From: an uncultured virus (IMG/VR IMGVR_UViG_3300027754_002682)
Taxonomy: Duplodnaviria > Heunggongvirae > Uroviricota > Caudoviricetes
Reading direction: 5' to 3' (one strand)
DNA length: 64,000 bases
IMG/VR virus record: IMGVR_UViG_3300027754_002682
Shown: positions 60,943-64,000 of the stretch, piece by piece
How positions within the stretch are numbered: position 1 is the stretch's first letter
Layout: the number at the start of each line of letters is the position of its first letter
Translations under genes and position numbers: made by a program
Notes under the pieces: model-generated
Told to the model about the DNA's origin: nothing
Database searches by the model: none
The model's input: the letters and a program-made list of their open reading frames with translations, nothing else

Positions 60943-60974
60943 GTAATATACGAAAATTATTCTAAACTACCAAA
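60943..60974 (-). promoter_or_regulatory. Putative promoter TTTG-N20-TATATTAC
   Basis: Motif family match; 4 nt before ATG 60938. Confidence 0.7.
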
Positions 60975-60977
60975 TAA

Positions 60978-62132
60978 TTAATAAGTTTTAATTAAATCGT
61001 CTTGTTGGGTTTTTTTGTATTTTAACCAATAATTTATTGCATTTTGGTCATTTATCCATTTTGTTTTATCATCCCAATCAAATCCTGGTCTTGCATAATA
61101 AGGTAATAGATTTCTTTTACCTTTGGTTCTTTCTTCGTGGCCTTCGGGAGACCATTCATCTATAATTCCATCATTATTTGTATCATATCCATCAATTGTT
61201 CCATCACCATCCAAGTCAATAGGAATCCTAACAATTGAATTTTCATTTTCTTTGTAATTCTCATCTTGTTTGTTTTCATTAATAATATCATCTCCGTAAA
61301 CCTTATAATCTTTGTAATTTTCTTGCATCAAATCATCTAAATCATATAATCCTAATTTTTGGTTATTTTCTACCATTTCACCCAAAAGTCTTTCTTGTTT
61401 TTTATTTTTATTTTCAATTAAACCATTAAATGCGATAATAAGTGCTACTGCTAACGGGTCAAATACGATTACAATCAAAAATATGAAGAATTTTACTACA
61501 TTTTTCAGTTCTATACCGAATGCTTCAGCTACAAACCTAAAACCACCCACTTCTTTCTCTAAATCTATGTTAGAAGTCTTAATTTCATTTATTTTTTCGT
61601 TCTCTTTAGCGTTTTGGTCTTGTAAATCACTAATTTTTTTGTTAATTTTAGCAATTTCTTTGTCTCTATTGTCTATTGAGCGTAAAAGACGAGAATTTAC
61701 CTTACCACCATCAATGATTTTACCTTGATTTTTGTTAAACTCACTAATTTGTGTTGATAGTTGCGTAATTTGAATAGTATTTTGGTCAATTTTAGTAGAG
61801 TGTACCATAATTTCTCTATCTACTTGTTGTAGTTTAAGTGATTGTGCCTGAAAAGCGTTAGAAAGGTAACCAAATATACCCGCCGATGTAATAATCATTA
61901 ATAATGCAACTGCAGTGACCAAATACCACTTATTAAATCCCTTAATTTCATCCCACATTTGTTTTAGGTAAGTTGCTGCTACTAATTTAGCAAACTCCAA
62001 AGCACCGGCCATTACCATTACTGCGGTTGAGGCACCACTAAATAGAACACCCAATCCGGTAACCGAAAAGAACGCTGCACAACCGGCTATAATTAGTGCA
62101 GAAAATCCGACTAAATATTTAAGCCAATTCAT
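60978..62132 (-). CDS. Multi-pass membrane protein with coiled coil and Dx[DN]xDG motifs
   Basis: Three N-terminal TMs, coiled coil, fourth TM (VIVFDPLAV), DLDGDG and DTNNDG. Confidence 0.75.
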   Translation of the reverse strand: MNWLKYLVGFSALIIAGCAAFFSVTGLGVLFSGASTAVMVMAGALEFAKLVAATYLKQMWDEIKGFNKWYLVTAVALLMIITSAGIFGYLSNAFQAQSLKLQQVDREIMVHSTKIDQNTIQITQLSTQISEFNKNQGKIIDGGKVNSRLLRSIDNRDKEIAKINKKISDLQDQNAKENEKINEIKTSNIDLEKEVGGFRFVAEAFGIELKNVVKFFIFLIVIVFDPLAVALIIAFNGLIENKNKKQERLLGEMVENNQKLGLYDLDDLMQENYKDYKVYGDDIINENKQDENYKENENSIVRIPIDLDGDGTIDGYDTNNDGIIDEWSPEGHEERTKGKRNLLPYYARPGFDWDDKTKWINDQNAINYWLKYKKTQQDDLIKTY

Positions 62133-62309
62133 TTATCTATTTATTCTTGTTAATTCTGTAACTCTTTCTACAATCTTCCTTGAATCTTCTAAAACTTCGA
62201 TTGCTTGAGAAGGTGTAATTTGTTGAGCTCCGTTAATAACATTTTGTAAAATCCTCAACTTTCCGTCTAAAGATTCCAATAACATTTGTATTTTTTCGTT
62301 GTATATCAT
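62133..62309 (-). CDS. Small helical protein, 58 aa, not in ORF track (MIYNEKIQMLLESLDGKLRIL...)
   Basis: Manual translation; stop abuts next ATG; ATATTTAT at 62314-62321. Confidence 0.75.
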   Translation of the reverse strand: MIYNEKIQMLLESLDGKLRILQNVINGAQQITPSQAIEVLEDSRKIVERVTELTRINR

Positions 62310-62332
62310 AGTAATAAATATTTGTTTATAAT

Positions 62333-62365
62333 AAAAAAGGTAGAAGTGTTTAAACTCCTACCTTT
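62333..62365 (-). terminator. Intrinsic terminator downstream of hsp20
   Basis: Minus strand AAAGGTAGGAG-TTTAAACA-CTTCTACC-TTTTTT. Confidence 0.8.
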
Positions 62366-62397
62366 CTAATATACGAAAAATAACTGAATTAACCAAC
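62366..62397 (-). promoter_or_regulatory. Putative promoter GTTG-N20-TATATTAG abutting terminator
   Basis: TCGTATATT core with 20-nt spacing. Confidence 0.55.
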
Positions 62398-62775
62398 TTT
62401 AGGGGTTAATTTTTTTGGTTTGGACTCTTCCTTTCTTTCAATAGTAATTAAGAGAATACCATTTTTAATCTCAGCTTTTGCTTTTCTACCATCAAAGTTT
62501 TTACCTACTTGTACTCTTTCTTCAATGTCTGAAACCAATTGATTAAAAGGATTTTCTTTATCCTCTCCTATCTTTTTAGCTTTAATTTCAATTTTGTCCT
62601 CAAAGCAATTAATTTCAATATCTTTTGGGTCGTGCCCTAATACTGATAATGCAAGGGTTGCAGCTTCATCTTTAATGTCTACTGCGAATTTGTTTTGAAC
62701 ATAAGTCGTTCTTGTCTTTGGTTGTTCGATTGGAAAAAATTCATCGAATAACTTACTGTAATCAATCATGTACAT
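62389..62775 (-). CDS. Small heat-shock protein (Hsp20/alpha-crystallin)
   Basis: VLGHDPKDIEI, AEIKNGILLITI. Confidence 0.88.
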   Translation of the reverse strand: MYMIDYSKLFDEFFPIEQPKTRTTYVQNKFAVDIKDEAATLALSVLGHDPKDIEINCFEDKIEIKAKKIGEDKENPFNQLVSDIEERVQVGKNFDGRKAKAEIKNGILLITIERKEESKPKKLTPKVG

Positions 62776-62894
62776 AATATAAATGTTTTTTAGTTAATAA
62801 TACCCATATAGTCCAAATACTATACCAACCCCAAATGTGTAACAAAGTTATGACAAAACTACCCTAACTTTATTACAAATCGGAAAATCTGTCA

Positions 62895-63542
62895 TTAAAT
62901 TGTGTTATCTTGTCTTTCAATGATTGTCGACATATGGTCTGCCCAATGCATAATAAATTGTAACTTATAAACTAATTGTTTCTTTAAGTCGTGACCAGCT
63001 AAATACTTTTGATTATCTTCGTCATACATACCATCGGTAAGTTTGATTGCAAAATACTCTTTCTCATTATACTGAATACCATAATGGTTCAATGTAAAGA
63101 AAGTTCTATCGGTTAGGGTCATATATGGAATATTCTCATTACGAACAAATAAAGTTCCGTATTTCTTTTGAGACCATTCTTCTTGATTTGGTAAATAATG
63201 TAATTCACCTCTAATACCTAACTTTCCCAAATCGTGATGTAGACAACTAAATATCAATTCTTCTTCGGTAAAATCTATCTCTCCACCTTGCATTACGAAC
63301 AGGTCTCTCATTTTAAGAGCGTTCTTACATACATTAAAGATGTGGTCTATATACCCACCTATATATGCGTTATGATAGTGTTTTGAGCCTGATGCGGGTG
63401 ATACTGCTAAATTACTACCCAATTCTTCTTCGGAATACATATGGAGTAATTTCTCCAATCTATCTCCTTTAAAATACTTCTTAATTATACCTATAAATCG
63501 GTCATAATTTGCTTTCAATTCTTGTTCTGTCTTTTGTTTCAT
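62895..63542 (-). CDS. HD-domain hydrolase
   Basis: PAS...HNAYIGGYIDH, LHHDLGK, HWAD. Confidence 0.88.
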   Translation of the reverse strand: MKQKTEQELKANYDRFIGIIKKYFKGDRLEKLLHMYSEEELGSNLAVSPASGSKHYHNAYIGGYIDHIFNVCKNALKMRDLFVMQGGEIDFTEEELIFSCLHHDLGKLGIRGELHYLPNQEEWSQKKYGTLFVRNENIPYMTLTDRTFFTLNHYGIQYNEKEYFAIKLTDGMYDEDNQKYLAGHDLKKQLVYKLQFIMHWADHMSTIIERQDNTI

Positions 63543-63570
63543 TGTTTAGAGTTTAATTGTTTATAATACT

Positions 63571-63602
63571 CTAATATACGACAAATTTTTGACATTACCA
63601 AA
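63571..63602 (-). promoter_or_regulatory. Putative promoter TTTG-N20-TATATTAG
   Basis: Motif family match; 28 nt upstream of ATG 63542. Confidence 0.7.
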
Positions 63603-63603
63603 T

Positions 63604-64000
63604 TTATATTAACTTATTTGTAAATTTGGTATATCTAAGTTTATTATTTTTATTTAAAATATTTAAAAATTTACTATCTACTATACCTAAATAATTATTT
63701 AATTTTTTTACATTTTCTCCAGTAATAAAAATTGATTCATATGTAAAATGTTCAGCTACTAATTTTAATAAAAATTGTTTATCTTTTTCTAATTTTGTTT
63801 TTATATTATTTAATTTTTCAATATTAAAATTTTTAATATCGTTAATATTCCAATTAACATCCCATTTATCATTTTCAATTGAATTATAAAAACTTTCGGC
63901 CTGCTCCATTACATCTTCTCTTGTTAATATAATAGTTTTATCAAATTTTGTTTTAATATCTTCAAATGACATATTTAAATTTAATAATTCCCATTCCATA
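63604..64000 (-). CDS. Hypothetical protein, probably 5'-truncated by the window edge
   Basis: Open frame reaching the window end. Confidence 0.6.
   Translation of the reverse strand, partial: MEWELLNLNMSFEDIKTKFDKTIILTREDVMEQAESFYNSIENDKWDVNWNINDIKNFNIEKLNNIKTKLEKDKQFLLKLVAEHFTYESIFITGENVKKLNNYLGIVDSKFLNILNKNNKLRYTKFTNKLI

Noticed and set aside
2091..61728. Many plus-strand ORFs of 60-145 aa in the ORF track
   Set aside because: Antisense shadows of long minus-strand genes with Phe/Ser/Ile-biased composition; only 33480..33665 is largely intergenic and protein-like
1..64000. Stop-codon reassignment as in some large phages
   Set aside because: Standard code gives dense, full-length genes; TAG (46500) and TGA (16001, 36792) end genes at sensible points
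1..64000. tRNA, rRNA, introns, inteins, DGR/retron, transposases, integrase
   Set aside because: Intergenic gaps are short and AT-rich, and no RT, homing endonuclease, intein or recombinase motifs were recognised

Overview
A 64-kb segment of a large, AT-rich, T4-like/jumbo tailed phage with contractile-tail baseplate genes. Almost every gene is on the minus strand. In transcription order (right to left): host-support genes (HD hydrolase, Hsp20, HxGH nucleotidyltransferase-like, DUF2061-like, peptide deformylase); a gp55-like sigma factor; carbamoyltransferase plus SGNH protein; a baseplate/tail module (gp25- and gp6-like); T7-endo-I-like resolvase, primase and a fused SbcD-SbcC; a tail fibre with an S74 chaperone; a mucin-like Pro/Thr/Ala adhesin candidate; a ~23-kb glycan biosynthesis/modification cluster; a multi-domain nucleotidyltransferase/zincin/ligase-fold protein; and terminase large subunit. 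The best candidate for an undescribed system is phage-encoded O-glycosylation of the virion: a mucin-like fibre-tip protein followed by an HPAT/SGT1-like glycosyltransferase, three LamG-split GT7 paralogues and a branched-sugar pathway, alongside structural proteins rich in [S/T]-[G/A/S]-S. Two recurrent promoter motifs are visible, one of Bacteroidota type with apparently leaderless genes. All function calls come from motif recognition by eye; no database searches were run.
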